From the NCBI RefSeq assembly GCF_004010195.1, contig NC_057759.1:7779910-7843909 (forward strand): a stretch of DNA of 64,000 bases, in the 5' to 3' direction. A program made the position numbers and the translations under genes. Shown here piece by piece: positions 12,646-26,073 of this stretch. Source of the stretch: Chiloscyllium plagiosum. Lineage: Eukaryota. A model generated the notes under the pieces. It saw only the letters and a list, made by a program, of their open reading frames with translations, searched no databases and was not told where the DNA came from. Position 1 is the first letter of the stretch; the number at the start of each line of letters is the position of its first letter.

Positions 12646-14215
12646 TGTAATGATCCTTTCAATGATCAAACCTCTTAATCAGCATTCTGCAAAAAAATCA
12701 CCTGTTTTCAGCAGACAAAGCATTGCCATTTCAAATTTATAAAGTGCTTGTATTCATCTATTCGTAACACCATTTATTACTTTTGCTCTGCCTGCCTGTC
12801 TGTATCTAAGTGCAGTTAATGAATATCATAAGTAGATGAATGCATACATGGATACTTGTATGTTGATGTTTCATAATCTTTGATCTATGGTCAGACTTCA
12901 GCTGATTGTAACAGTTAGTCATTTTATCTGAATTTTAGAAAGCTGGCCCGTTATTCCCATCTATCTGGGTCTAAAAGGCAGATAAACTGAAAGATTGAAT
13001 GTTATCTTTAAAATTAAACTTACAATTTGCAACTCATTGTGCACAGTAACTGGTGAGGTGGAAGCAATGGCTCTCTTCAAGGCTATAAGTTCATCTCACT
13101 AGACAGCTAAATCAACATCTTCCCTTCAGAGGTCTATTTTTGTGCCTCGACTATTCGTATTCAGAAGTGGTTCACCTATCTGGCAGCCAATTGCATAGTC
13201 GTTCGTTAGAAGAAGGCCTTTGACATCTATAACTGGTCGCTATTTCAGAAATAAATCAGTGACTTTACAGTCAGATCATCAATCATACTTGTCACTATCA
13301 TAACATCAATACCACAAAATTGAATTGGAAATAAGCAAGCAACAACTTAGCACATCAACCCTTCATTTAAAATTAAATTTCAACCACAGAAACAATGCAC
13401 ACTCGGATTTTCCATTTATGTTTTGATTTAGATTTAGGTTTATTCAATATTGTTAAATGGAGAAGTACTCATCCAAGTGATGTGGTACGTGGCAATGAGA
13501 AACAGGTTTCGTTTCTCGTGCTTAACCTGATGTCACAAGTAACTATGCATTCTGGCATAAATTACAAGCCATGATGTTAAGGTGCAGATGTTGCACTGGT
13601 GGTCACAGTTTATAGTCTTAAATGTTTATGCAAAATCACAAGCCTTCAGTGTGCTTTACCTTCATCAAGTCACTTCATGTATGAAGGAACAGTGCACCAA
13701 AAACTTGTGATTTTCAATCATACTGTTGAATCACAACTTTGTGTATGTCATCAATCATGGGCGCTACATTGACTATATTCAAAGGAGCTGACCTTTCTGT
13801 AGGCTCTATCCTTTCGGTGGAAGAGTACAGATCATCGAAAATAACAATGTTGTGTGGGGCATAGGTTGGTCACAGAATCCTCCCTTACAAACATGTCGAA
13901 TTATTGCTTCATTAGTCTGAATAATATACCACAGTTTTTTTTTTTGTTTTATACAAGAAGGAGTTCATATTACTTTCCTTCTTTGGTATTTGAAACAAAC
14001 CGCACGTCATTGTATTTTAGCTGATGATAATTGAAGTGAACAATAATTAAATTAACAAATGCACATCTAATTATTGCACAGTTTCAAGACTTTATTAAAC
14101 AGCTGATTCATGATCAGTTTAGTGAACACAGCAGCATGCAGACAACCAAAAATACTTTTGAAATGTCTTTTAAAAAGAACCTTGTGTTAAACAGTGTTAC
14201 TGGGCTTAATAGCTG

Positions 14216-14252
14216 CCCCCCCCCCCACACACACACACACACACACACACCA
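14216..14252. repeat. poly-C followed by (CA)n microsatellite
   Basis: Direct observation. Confidence 0.9.
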
Positions 14253-15441
14253 AGCACTGGTCATCCCCTTAACTGGATCTGAACTGTTAGTCACCTAATT
14301 CCCGCAACAGTGCAGTTAAAGACATCCCGAAATAATAGGAACTGCACGGAACAGACTGGGCAACGGTTCAACAGGGGCTTTACTACATGTTTGAAAGCAA
14401 TTGTATATTCTTCTCAAATTACGCTCTAACAACCATGTGTCACAGGTTCATCAATGCTGCTGAATTCTGGTGTAACACCTCAGCTTCATACTTCTGCACC
14501 CTGGAACAGATCCTTAGAGGATGTGTGACAAACGAGATGGAAAACCGCAGCACATAGCATGTTGCTTTGAATCTCTCATAAACAAAAGCAAGTGTGTGTC
14601 AGCTCCACACTGTCAATGCCTCAAGTTATACATACCTATGTAAATATTTTCAACACCGTACTGATCACAAAGAACAAAGTTTCATTGTGGTATTCGTACG
14701 TGCTTTGAAAAAACACAGATTTCGTTTCTCCAGTCAGCACAAATCCATTCAGATATTTCGTTCATTTTTATGAATACAATATAATGGCAACAGTGCACAG
14801 TATGCAATAAGGAACTTTGAAAAAGTGAGTCTTATTACCGCATTTAAGCTCAAATTAATATTAAGTGCTGTGTAAGGAATATCGGTAAATTTCTACATAA
14901 TTCACTTTGGTTGGCAGATATTGTTGCTGCTGAGAACCTGAGGACGAGGGATGACGCTTCATTAATCTGGGTAAATGGGATGTAATCCATCACAACCTCC
15001 ACTAGTGTCTTATCCATGGTGCAGTAGAAAGTGAGGACTGCAGATGCTGGAGATCAGAGTCGAGAGTGTGGTGCTGGAAAACCACAACATCCGAGGAACA
15101 GGGAAATCCGACATTTCTGGCATAAGCCCATGTCGATGGTGGGCAGGCTGTTCGGAATCGCGAAGTGAGTTGTTGCTGCAGGACACCTCCGGTCTATCAC
15201 AAACTTGGACTCAATAAATTTATATAGAGTCAACGAGTCACAGAGGATTACAGCATGGAATCGGTCCGCCTTGTCCCTGCTGCGCAGTTTTCATAATTAG
15301 TCACATCAGCAGCCATATCTGGCATCTAAATAATGCCATGTACAAACTTATCCACAGTCCTTACACAGCACTTTCAAACAGAAAACAATTGTGAACATTA
15401 GGGCAACAGTTAAATTGGAAGACAACCATCATCAAGGTCTA

Positions 15442-15880
15442 ACATAGAACATAGAACAATACAGCACAGAACAGGCCCTTTGGCCCACGATGTTGTGCCG
15501 AACATTTGTCCTAGCTTAAGCACCCATCCATGTACCTATCCAATTGCCGCTTAAAGGTCACCAATGATTCTGACTCTACCACTCCCACAGGCAGCGCATT
15601 CCATGCCCCCACCACCTTTCCAGGCAACATCCTGGTAAATCTTCTCTGCACCCTCTCCAAAGCTTCCACATCTTTCCTAAAGTGTGGCGACCAGAACTGC
15701 ACGCAGTACTCCAAATGTGGCCTAACCAAAGTCCTGTACAGTTGCAACATCACTTCAATTCCTCTGCTAATTGAAGTGGAGGAATTCAATTCAATTGAAT
15801 TCAATCCCTCTGCTAATGAACGCTAATACACCATAGGCCTTCTTACAAGCTCTATCCACCTGAGTGGCAACTTTCAAAGC
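15442..15880 (-). mobile_element. CR1 3' fragment with internal deletions
   Basis: RGIEVMLQLYRTLVRPHLEYCVQFWSPH...LERVQRRFTRMLPG; catagaa-repeat tail at 15442. Confidence 0.9.
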
Positions 15881-15899
15881 CACTCACCATCCTCATTTG

Positions 15900-17300
15900 C
15901 ATGTGTTTGACTGCTCAATTTACCTATGCTGGGTCTATATCCACTAATAAATATCCCAATCATGTACCTGTCGAAAGGATTCTTAGCAGTGTTCTCGCAT
16001 CCACCACGACCTCTGTCTGCACCTTCAAAGCACTCACCACCGTCTGTGTGAAGAAAATACTCCTTTCGACCGTTTTGGAACTCTACCTGCTCCCCTTAAA
16101 TTTATGCAGTCTGGTTTCAGATACCCTAACATGGAGAAATGCCTTTGGGTATCCAAAAAGTTACATCTTTCATAGTTTTCAGAGAACCCCTATAATGTGG
16201 AAATCGAGCCCACAGCGACTCTCCGAAGAGAATCTTAGCCAGACCACGCCCCTACATTTCACATGATAAACCCATCTAGCCTACACGTTTCTGAACACTA
16301 TTGGTAATTTAACGTGGCAGATCTATCTAACCTGCACATCCTTGCAATGTGGGAGAACGGCGAAACACCTGGACAAAACCCACGCAGACGTGGGAAGGAA
16401 GTGCAGACCGCTGAGCCACCGTCATTTCTTATAACGTCACTCCTCAATCTCTTACACTCCAGGGAAGAAAAACATCCCTGCTAATCCAGCTTCTCCTTAA
16501 CATTCAAGCCTTCCATTCCAGGTGTCATTCTATGACAGTCTTCTGCACTTTTTCTCAATAAGTAATATTCCTTCTACAGTGTTGCAACAAGAACAGCACT
16601 CAGTACTGATGTATCCCTGCCAACGCCTTGTTTAGCTGCAAGAAGACATCCCAACTGCAATGAGCTGCGACCGATGAAAGCAAGGATGCCTAAAGCCTTC
16701 TTCACCACCCTGTCTACCTGTCACTCGACTTTCAACGAACGCTGAACCTGGACCCATCGATCGCTTTGTTCTATATCATTCCCCAGGAATCTACATTGAC
16801 TGTGTAGGTCCTGCCCCTTGTTTCAGCTCCCAAAATGCAACACATTATATTTATGCATTTCAAATGTTATCTGCCATTCTTTGGCCCATTTCCCGGTTGA
16901 TCAAGATGTTGTTGTATACCCAGATAACTTTCTTCACTCGCCAATATGTTGTTATGCGCATCTAGATCAGTAAGTTCACTTTCCTTTTGACATTGAACCC
17001 AAAGCTGTTTTTGACTGGAGATTCAGAGATGGAAATGGCATTGAGTGTCAAGGGATGAAGTTTCAATTCTCTGTTTTTCAAGCTGACCATTGTCTAGCAT
17101 GTGTGTTATACAACTGCAAACTGCCATTTTTTCAACCCTCATCTGCATATCTTCCAGGTCTTGATGCATTGTGACATGGAATGCTTCAAGACCGAGATAG
17201 GCACGAATGGTGCTCAACATTGTCTTAAACATCCCCACTTTTCAATTTACGATGTTAGCGAGGTAGTTGATGAAGGTTGTTGGGCCTAGCACACGATCCC
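15900..17300 (-). mobile_element. Older CR1-class LINE fragments with an HE1 SINE fragment (~16260-16425)
   Basis: Degenerate RT C-terminal motifs; ORF 17023-17238 (MHQDLEDMQ...) is LINE RT-like. Confidence 0.65.
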
Positions 17301-17360
17301 AAGAAACAGAGAATGCGGGTTATTTGTATAATCATCAGGTAGGACAATGGTGCCTGACAT

Positions 17361-17527
17361 AGGCAAAAGTGAGGACTGCAGATGCTGAAAACCAGAATTT
17401 ACATCAGAGTGGTGCTGGAAAAGCACAGTAGGTCAGGCAGCTTCCGAGGATCAGGAAAATTGACATTCCTGATGAAGGGCTTTTGCCGAAAACGTCGATT
17501 TTCCTGCTCCTCGGATGCTGCCTGACC
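17361..17527. mobile_element. Short inverted Penelope-terminus insertion with 14-bp TSD
   Basis: atggtgcctgacat at 17347-17360 and 17528-17541; inverted arms 17431-17464 and 17494-17527 enclose a hammerhead core. Confidence 0.88.
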
Positions 17528-17559
17528 ATGGTGCCTGACATGTCTGTTTTATTTTTTGG

Positions 17560-19110
17560 CGTCATCTTGAAAATTGTCCATATTACAGGGGAGGAACTGC
17601 TGGATGTCCTTAATCGCATCAAGGTGGATAAATCCCCAGGACCTGTTCAGGGGTATCCTGGAACTCTATGGGAAGCTAGAATAGTGATTGCCGAGCGTTT
17701 TACTGTGTTATTTTTATCATTGATAGTCACATGTGAGGTACTGGAAGACTGGAGGTTCGATAAAATGTCACCACTATTTAAGAAAGGTGGTAAAGACACA
17801 TCAGGGAACTATAGACCAGTGAGCCTGAGGTCAGTGGTGGTCAAGTTGATGGAGGGACTCCTGAAGCACAGGATTCACACGCATTTTGAAAGGCAAGGAC
17901 TGATTACGGCTAATCAATATGTTTGTTTTGCGTGGGAAGTCATGTCTCATGAACATGATTGGGCCATATTTCGAAGCAGCAACAAAAAGTGTTGAGGGGA
18001 ACAGAGTGGTGGATGTGATCTATATGGACTTCAGTAAGGCGTTCGACAAGGTTCTCCGTGGAAGAGTGGTTAGTAAGGTTAGATCTCATGAAATACTTGG
18101 AGAACAAATCAATTAACTACAGGACTGGCTCGAAGGTGATGGTAGAGGTTTGTTTTTCAAACTGGAGGCCTATGCCCGTGCAGTATCACAATGATCTGTG
18201 GTGGGTTCACGACTTTTTGTCATTTTCAAAAATGATTTGGATTTGAACAGAGGAGGTACAGTTAGTAAGTTTGCAGATGACACCAAAATTAGAGGTGTAG
18301 TGGACTGCAAAGAAATTACCTCAGATTACAATGGGATCTTGGTCAGATGGGCCAATGCCCTGAGGAGTAGCAGATGGAATTTAATTCAGATAAATCCGAT
18401 GTGTTACATTGTTGAAAAATAAATCTTAGCAGGAGTATACACTTAATGACAGGGTACTAGGGAGTGTTCCTGAACAATAAGACGTTGGAGTGAAGGTTCA
18501 TATCTCCTTGAAATTAAAGTCGCCGGTAGATAGGGTAGTGAAGAAGGCGTTTGGTATGCCTTATTTTATTGGTCAGAGTATTGAGCACAGGAGATGGGAG
18601 GTCATATTGTGGCTGGACAGGACTTTCGTTAGGCCACGTTTGGAATATTGCATTCAATTCTAGTCTCCTATTCTAGGATGTTTTGAAACTTGAAAAGGTT
18701 CAGAAAAGATTTACAAGGATATTACCAGGGTTTGAGGTTTTAAGCTATAGGGAGAGGCTGAATAGGCTGGAACTGTGTTCTCTGGAGCGTAGGAGACTGA
18801 AGGGTAATCCTATGGCGATTTATAAAATCATGAGGGACATGGAGAGGGTAAATACACAAGGTTTTTTCTTTCCTGTGATGGGTGAGTCCAGAACGAGAGG
18901 GCACATTTTTTTTGGCCAGAGGAAGTGGTGGAGGCTGGTACAATTGCAACATTTAAACGGCATCTAGAAAGGTTTATGATCAGAAAGGATTGGGAGTGAT
19001 ATGTGATGGGTACTGTCAAGTGGGACTAGATGAGGCTGTGCTCTCTGGACGAGTTGGACTGAAGGGTCTGTTTCCGTGCTGTACATTTCTATGACTCTAT
19101 GACTGTATGT
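17560..19110 (+). mobile_element. CR1 RT region through the 3' tail
   Basis: IKVDKSPGP...PLFKKGGKDTSGNYRPVSL; VDVIYMDFSKAFDKV; SKFADDTKI; tail ctatgactctatga. Confidence 0.92.
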
Positions 19111-20014
19111 ACAAGCTTCCTCAGGAACTCTCTCCATAGCAATTGCTGCAGAAATGTCATGGAACAGAAAGGAACGTCCTGCACTAAACCATCTGACGTA
19201 ATACCCGTTATGACTTTAACCAGTGCAAGGTTTTTTTTTCCAATTCTCACTTGCACCATTTCTTGGGCGGATTGACATCAGACTTGGTGAAATGCAGCCG
19301 CGATGGTAAGCACAGTCGTTCTCAACTTTGCCTCTGAAATTCGGCTCATCTTTTTGTTCATGTTTGAATTAAACTTGAATGAGGTCAGGAAATGAGTGGC
19401 ACTGGCGAAATAAGTCTTAGTTTCAATGAGTTGGAGTTAGCTGAGGAGATGCTGCTTGGCAACAAGGCAGATGATGGCTTTCAACATTTTACTCATCGAG
19501 AATACCCTGAATCGGCGATAATAAATTGCTTTTTAAAAAAAGTATTTGGGATGTTTTCACAACAAGCAATTCTTTCCATATTTTCAGGTTGATGCTCGTG
19601 TTTTAGGCCAGCATGAACAGCTTAGATATGTCTTCGAAATTATTACTGGAATCCCGCAGGTTTTGCATTATCCAAACCCTTCATCCATCAATTAATATCA
19701 GACAAGATGAATCGAAATAGGTGGAGACTAGCATCTGTGATGCTTTCGAACGGGCTGAAAGAGATCATCCTATGTATGTTCTGTGTGTTATTGTTCAGAA
19801 TGGTTCTACGTTATCTTTTGCATAGAACTGTTGGAATCCTCCATTATTGAGGATGGGCATATTTGTGGAACATCTTGCTTCAATGAGTTGCTTGACTGCA
19901 CATCATCATTCACTGCTGTAAGTTGCAGGACCGCAGTGAGCAGAGCTGATTTCATTGGTTGTGTGATCTCTATCACTTGCTGCTTATGCTATTTTGCAAC
20001 ACTTCCCCCTGGAA

Positions 20015-20130
20015 AAAGTGAGGACTGTAGATGCTGGAGATCATAGTCGAGAGTGTGGTGCTGAAAAAGCACATCAAGTCAGGCAACATCCCAGGAGTTG
20101 GAGAATCGGCGTTTCAGGTATAAGCCCTTC
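20015..20130 (-). mobile_element. Penelope terminus fragment
   Basis: aaagtgaggactgtagatgctggagat...gcgtttcaggtataagcccttc; same family as 15028-15130 and 63755-64000. Confidence 0.75.
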
Positions 20131-20257
20131 GCCCAGTTCGTCAACATCACCACATTTCAGTTGTGCTCCTCTTGCCTTGCCTTCCTGTATTTTTCTTTGA
20201 ACAAACCTTCATCCTCTGATCTTTTGGCTTAATGGTAATGTTAGAGGGGAGGAGATG

Positions 20258-21313
20258 GTGGTGAGAAGGGCTCTGCCTGTGAGATCCTTTATGCACGCCC
20301 GGACTCTCAGCCGCACTGCACGCTGCCCTCGAAGCGGCTGCGGGGGGGGGGGGGGCGAGACTGTCACACACCTCCTTCTGGAATGTGCCTATGCAGAGGA
20401 AGTCTGGAGAGGAATGCAGTGGTGTCGGTCGAGGTCCGTCCCGAGCAGCGCCGTGACGCGGGACTCCGTGCTCTACGGTCTGTTCCCCGGGACGCACACC
20501 GAGACGAACATCAACTGTGCTNNNNNNNNNNNNNNNNNNNNNNNNNNNNNNNNNNNNNNNNNNNNNNNNNNNNNNNNNNNNNNNNNNNNNNNNNNNNNNN
20601 NNNNNNNNNNNNNNNNNNNNNNNNNNNNNNNNNNNNNNNNNNNNNNNNNNNNNNNNNNNNNNNNNNNNNNNNNNNNNNNNNNNNNNNNNNNNNNNNNNNN
20701 NNNNNNNNNNNNNNNNNNNNNNNNNNNNNNNNNNNNNNNNNNNNNNNNNNNNNNNNNNNNNNNNNNNNNNNNNNNNNNNNNNNNNNNNNNNNNNNNNNNN
20801 NNNNNNNNNNNNNNNNNNNNNNNNNNNNNNNNNNNNNNNNNNNNNNNNNNNNNNNNNNNNNNNNNNNNNNNNNNNNNNNNNNNNNNNNNNNNNNNNNNNN
20901 NNNNNNNNNNNNNNNNNNNCCCCCCTTAATTTAAAGCTATGCCACCTTGTAATAGCTGACTCCATACGAGGTAAAAGATTCTCACTGTCGACCCTATCTA
21001 AACCCCGAATCATCTTGTACACCTCTATCAAGTCACCCCTAAACCTTCTTTTCTCCAATGAAAACAACCCCAAGTGCCTCAGCCTTTCCTCATACGATCT
21101 TTCTACCATACCAGGCAACATCCTGGTAAACCTCCTCTGCACCCGTTCCAGTGCCTCCACAATGATTACTCTGTTTCGGTATGCAAACAAATGGAATGTT
21201 TACATATGTATGGCATGTCCAGTTGTATAGATCATCAAAGTATTTATGAATAAAGTATATTTTTGAAATTTAAAAAAATAAAAAAATTAAAAATTACAAA
21301 AAAAATTTTAAAA
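20258..21313 (+). mobile_element. 5'-truncated L1/Tx1-clade LINE with polyA and 15-bp TSD; spans an assembly gap and a CR1 fragment (20920-21160, - strand)
   Basis: zf-RVT-like RALPV...RCPRSGC...ETVTHLLLECAYAEEVW; aataaa at ~21249 then A-rich tail; agaggggaggagatg at 20243-20257 and 21314-21328. Confidence 0.88.
20522..20919. other. Assembly gap
   Basis: Run of N. Confidence 1.
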
Positions 21314-21561
21314 AGAGGGGAGGAGATGCAGAGCTGTGATTTTGCAAATTGCGTTACACTGTAATGCTGTTGTTATTGATGTTCCTCAGCATCCTAGTAT
21401 TGGCGTGCTGGAAGTGCTCGAGTTCTATCCTGTATAGCTCCACGATAATGTGACCCAAATGATGGAGAGAAGTCTTAATGAAAGTGCAGGACTCTGTCTC
21501 CACCAAGACTATGTACATAATCAATTTTTGCTGCATGGTCTTGGACAGATACATCAAGAAT

Positions 21562-21848
21562 TAGAATTAAAATCCCGACAGTGTGGAAACAGGGCCTTTG
21601 GCCCAACACTTCCACACCAACCCGCCAACCTTCCAGACCCATTCCCCGGCCAATATTTTGCCTAATGCACCTAACCTACACATCGCTGAATACTTTGGAC
21701 AATTCACCTAACATGCACGTCTTCTGATTGTCGGAGGAAACCGGAGCACTTGGAGGGAAACCATGCAAACGGTCGTCGCAATTGAATTGAATCCATGTCG
21801 CTCGTGTTGCGAGGCATCAGTGCTAACCACTGAACCACCGTGCCACCC
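21562..21848 (-). mobile_element. HE1-type SINE
   Basis: Reverse complement of the HE1 head (tgctaaccactgaaccaccgtgcc) and tail (gtgtggaaacagggcc). Confidence 0.85.
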
Positions 21849-22859
21849 TGTGACAGAACATTGTTGAGGATGAACTCAAATATGTTTCTCTCTCTTGTTC
21901 ATAACCTCCCCACCCATGGCAGTGTCAGGCTAGTATCTATGTCTCTTAGGAACCAAGCTGCTCGTTTAGTGGTGCTGCTGCTGAGCTATTCTTGGTAAAG
22001 TTTTCATTAAATGGGCCACACTGTATACTCTTTCGACCCTTGCCACTCACAGTATTCCTCCAATGTAAATAAGTACTAATATATTAGCTGAACGATAGTA
22101 ATCAGCAGGAGCTGTTCTTGGCAAAGTTTGATCTCAAATAGTGAAACTTGATTTTGTCGTGCTGCTGCTTGACTTGTATATGGGATAACGCTTGCAAATT
22201 TGATACTCGCTCTCAGAGAAGATTGAGAAGAACTTTGCAGTTTCTACAGGGCTCTTTTTGACATTGTTGACGGAAAAGGCAGATTGATCTCTTTTGTGTT
22301 GCATGGTTCTAACCACGTGACTGTTGTAATTGGACCCTCTAATGTCCAATAACTTCAATTATACCCATTCCTATTTTATTACAAAAATTCTACAACCTGT
22401 TACTCATAAAGTGACAGCTCAATTTGAATTTTATGTTGTTTCAAACTCCTTCAGTGTCTTTTCCTGGTCTTGGCTTTAGTCTACGTGGTCCCTCTGCTTC
22501 TAACATTCTGAAGCTCAGAAATAATGAAATGTATAGTGTGCCATCGTCGTTAAATTTCCTCTCTGTATCTCATATTGTCCCATTTTTTGATAATGGATTT
22601 CAATAACTTCAACACACGTGCACAAAACTTGTTATCTGCTCATCATTCAAATGTCTATATCAGTCACTCTCAGCCAATCATGTCCTCGGCCATGTGAGGA
22701 AACTCCTTCAGTATTACTGAAGAAGATTAGCTATCTCAATTAGAGCTGAGGAGATTTTTCATTTGGTTCTGTTATTGGTAAGTTGTTGTAGATGCTAGCG
22801 ATGGTGACCATGATGTTGCGTTGTGAGTTGCTCGTAACACATGGAGAACAGAGGTTTTG

Positions 22860-25040
22860 ACACTAGGATGAGTGGCAAAGCAAATTGTGCAGAGGACTGT
22901 GAAACATTGAAGAGGAACATAAATACTTTAAGTGAGTAGGCAAAGGTCTGGCAGATGGAGTCCAATGTTAATAAATGTGAAACCATCTATTTTGGTAGGA
23001 GGAACAGTAAAAAGGATTATTACTTGAATGGCAAAATGTTGCAGCATGTAGCTAAGCAGGAGGTCCTCGGTATCTTTGTGCCTGAATTAAAACGGGTTGG
23101 TCTGCAAGCACAACAAGTAATTAGGAAGGTAAATGGCACTTTGTCCTTTACCTCGAAAGGGATTGAGTTTAAAAGCAGCGAGGCTATATTGTAGCTGTGC
23201 AGGGTGCATGTGAGGTCACACCTGGAGTACTGTACGCAGAATTGGTCTTCTTACTTGAGAAAGAATGTACTGGCACTCGAGAGAGTGCAGAGGAGGGTAA
23301 CTAGGTGGATTCCGGAGTTGAGGGGGTTGGCTTATGAGGAGAGACTGTGTCACGAGGTTCAATTTGACTCAAGGTGGCGCATGAAACATTAGCATTCATT
23401 TCAAGAAGGCTGGCTGAGGAGAGATGAAATGTAGTGTGGAGACTCAATAAAGCTCCCATCCAACCGCATTTGTAAAAAGAAAATGTGAAACATTTCTGAC
23501 CCTGTGCATAAGGAACGACTTGCAGGTCTTGGAAAATGCTGCTTGGGCTTTACAAGAACGATCACGAGGATGAAGTGCTTGTCTTAACAGGAGCGGTTGA
23601 GGACTCTGGGTCCATACACGATGGAGTTTAGAAGGCTCAGGCAGGATGTCATCTATATGTACAGAATGCTGAGGGGCTGGATCGAGTCGACGTGGAGAAG
23701 ACATAGACAAGGAGCAGTTGACACCCTCGTTGCATGAGTAAGGGGATCAAGGTGAACGGGAAGAAGGTGAGACAATGACGTTGAGAAACATGCAAGCCAC
23801 AACTGAATGGTACAGCCGACCTGAATAATTGAATAGTCTAATTTGACACTTACATCTGTGGTCTTAGGAACTGTGCTTCTTCCATTGGTTTCTCAGTGTG
23901 AAGTTATCATTTCTGGTGTACTATTTATCTTAGAATCCGTACAGTGTGGAAACCGCACATTTGGCCCAACGAGTTCACACCTACCCTAGAAAGGTAACCC
24001 ACCCAGACCCATTCCCCTACCCAATTACTCGACATTTACCCTAAACTACACACCCCTGAACACGATGCGCAATTTGGCATCACAATTAACCTAGCCTGCA
24101 CATCTTTGGATTGTCACCGGAGCCCTCTCCAAGTCCAGCACATGTTTATCGTACATTCCAGCACATTCCTGATTATACTGTCTCCTCTTGGTATCAGAAA
24201 GGTGCACCACAGAATAACTTCGGAATACTTGTGTATAAATCTCATTAAGATGGCTTGCAGGTTCATTAGGTCCTAGAGACGGCAAATGGAATGCTGCCAT
24301 TTATTTCAAAGGGAATAGAGAATAAGAATAGGCGTGACTTATGCAAACTATAGAAGGCATGAATCAGCTCACACCGAGAACGCTGTGAACAGTTTTGGTC
24401 TCTTATCTATAGGGAACCTAGTTTGATCATTGGGATGGATGGATTTTCATGTGAAGAGGTAAAGAAGGCTGAATGTGAACTAATCCTAATTTAGTACAAT
24501 GAAGCAAATTTGTTGATAAATTGAAGATCCTTCGGGATTTATACAGGGTCAATGCTGAGAAGTCCAGAACGAAGTCCAGGTTTAGGGTGAGAGGGAAAAA
24601 AATTTAAAAAGAGCATAAGGGGCAACTTTTTCAGTCAGAGGCCGGTGCGTGTATGGAATGAGCTGCCAAATGTAGTGGTGGTGTAGGCTGATAGAATTAC
24701 AACATTGAAAAGGCATCTGGACGGGTATGTAAATAAAGACGCGTTGGGAGAATATGGGTGAGCTGCTGGCAAATAGAAATAGAATAGGTTAGGATATCTT
24801 GTCGGCGTGAACAAGTTGGAAAGAAAATATCTGTTACCGTGTTGTACATTTCTATCAGTGTATGACTGTATGACTGGGGTTATGTTCACTGGAATTCAGA
24901 AGAATGAGGGAGGATCTTAAAGCAACATAGGAAATTATGACGGGAATAGATAAGATAGAAGTACAAAGGATGTTTCTACTGGCAGGTGAACCGAGGACAA
25001 GATGGAATCGTGTCAAGATTGGGGGTCACAGACTTAGGAC
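22860..25040 (+). mobile_element. Cluster of CR1 3' fragments with an HE1 fragment (~23930-24115, - strand)
   Basis: VRSHLEYCTQNWSSYLRK...LERVQRRVTR; CR1 tail at 24640-24875. Confidence 0.75.
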
Positions 25041-25880
25041 TCTGTGTGATAAATTTTGACAGGATGAGGGGATTCCTCCTGATTCCTCAATTCTAAAATG
25101 TTTTAATGACTTGTTGATGTGCTTCTGTTCCTGCATAACATAATCGAGGTTTGGATGGACTCCTTTGTGTTGACAACCATCTCAAAGGGCGGGTATGTAA
25201 ATGCCCTTCGCCTGATTGAACGGCACTGTTCATGTGCAGCAAGGCCGAGAGGCTTAATGACCTCCTCTTCTGATTAGTTTGAGAGACTGAATGGCTTCCT
25301 CCAGTTCCTATGTCACAAACTTGACTCACCAAGTGGTCTCCTATAGCTCCCTTCTAACAAACATTCCATGTTTGCTTTTTGAATGCAAAATCAAGTTAGG
25401 AAAAATCCTCAAATGGCTCACATCAATAACCGAGTCCTCCCGGACAATGACACAAGCACAGTCACATTGGACCCGCTACCCTCCAGGAATGGCATATGTT
25501 TCGCACTGCCGCGTTCATTTTCACCCTGGGTCGGTATCTGCGTGGAGTTTGCATGTCATACCTGTGTCCACAAGGCTGTCCTTTGAAGCTATGGAGAGAC
25601 CTAGTTGGGCTGAATGGCTTGTTTCCGCACTGTAGGTATTTTATGGGAGTAGACCGTCCTTACTAGCATTGACAAACTGATCAAAAGTTAGAGGGAAGTC
25701 GGTCAACTTCTTCCATGTTTGTTTACGTTTTATTCGGGGATGTGAGGGTAATTCTGTTATTGCGGTGGTCTACGTACAGTTGTACTGTACAATACAGTGA
25801 CTAGTGTATATACTGGGTCTGATACCAATACATTTCTCTCGGAAAATATGAGAGGTGTTGACAGAAGTCAGTCGGAACAT

Positions 25881-26070
25881 TTCTTTCTTTCTTTCTTTGG
25901 GTGTTTGTTTGTTTTCCCTCATTTTTCCTTTATTTACTTCTCTCTCTCGTTATCTCTTTCTTTCTTTCGTTTTTCCTTTACTTGTTTCTCTCTTTCTTGC
26001 TTGCTTGCTTGTTTTCTTTCTTTACTTCTTTCCTTCTCTCTTTCTTGCTTTCACTCCTTATTGCTTACTT
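25881..26070. repeat. CT-rich simple repeat
   Basis: (tttc)n-like tract. Confidence 0.85.
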
Positions 26071-26073
26071 GTG

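Noticed and set aside
13128..13210. EVYFCAS resembles the end of a TCR/Ig V segment
   Set aside because: In-frame stop just upstream, no V framework Cys/Trp, and no RSS heptamer.
20147..21230. ORFs of 183-347 aa
   Set aside because: Artefacts of translating through the N gap and joining unrelated LINE pieces.
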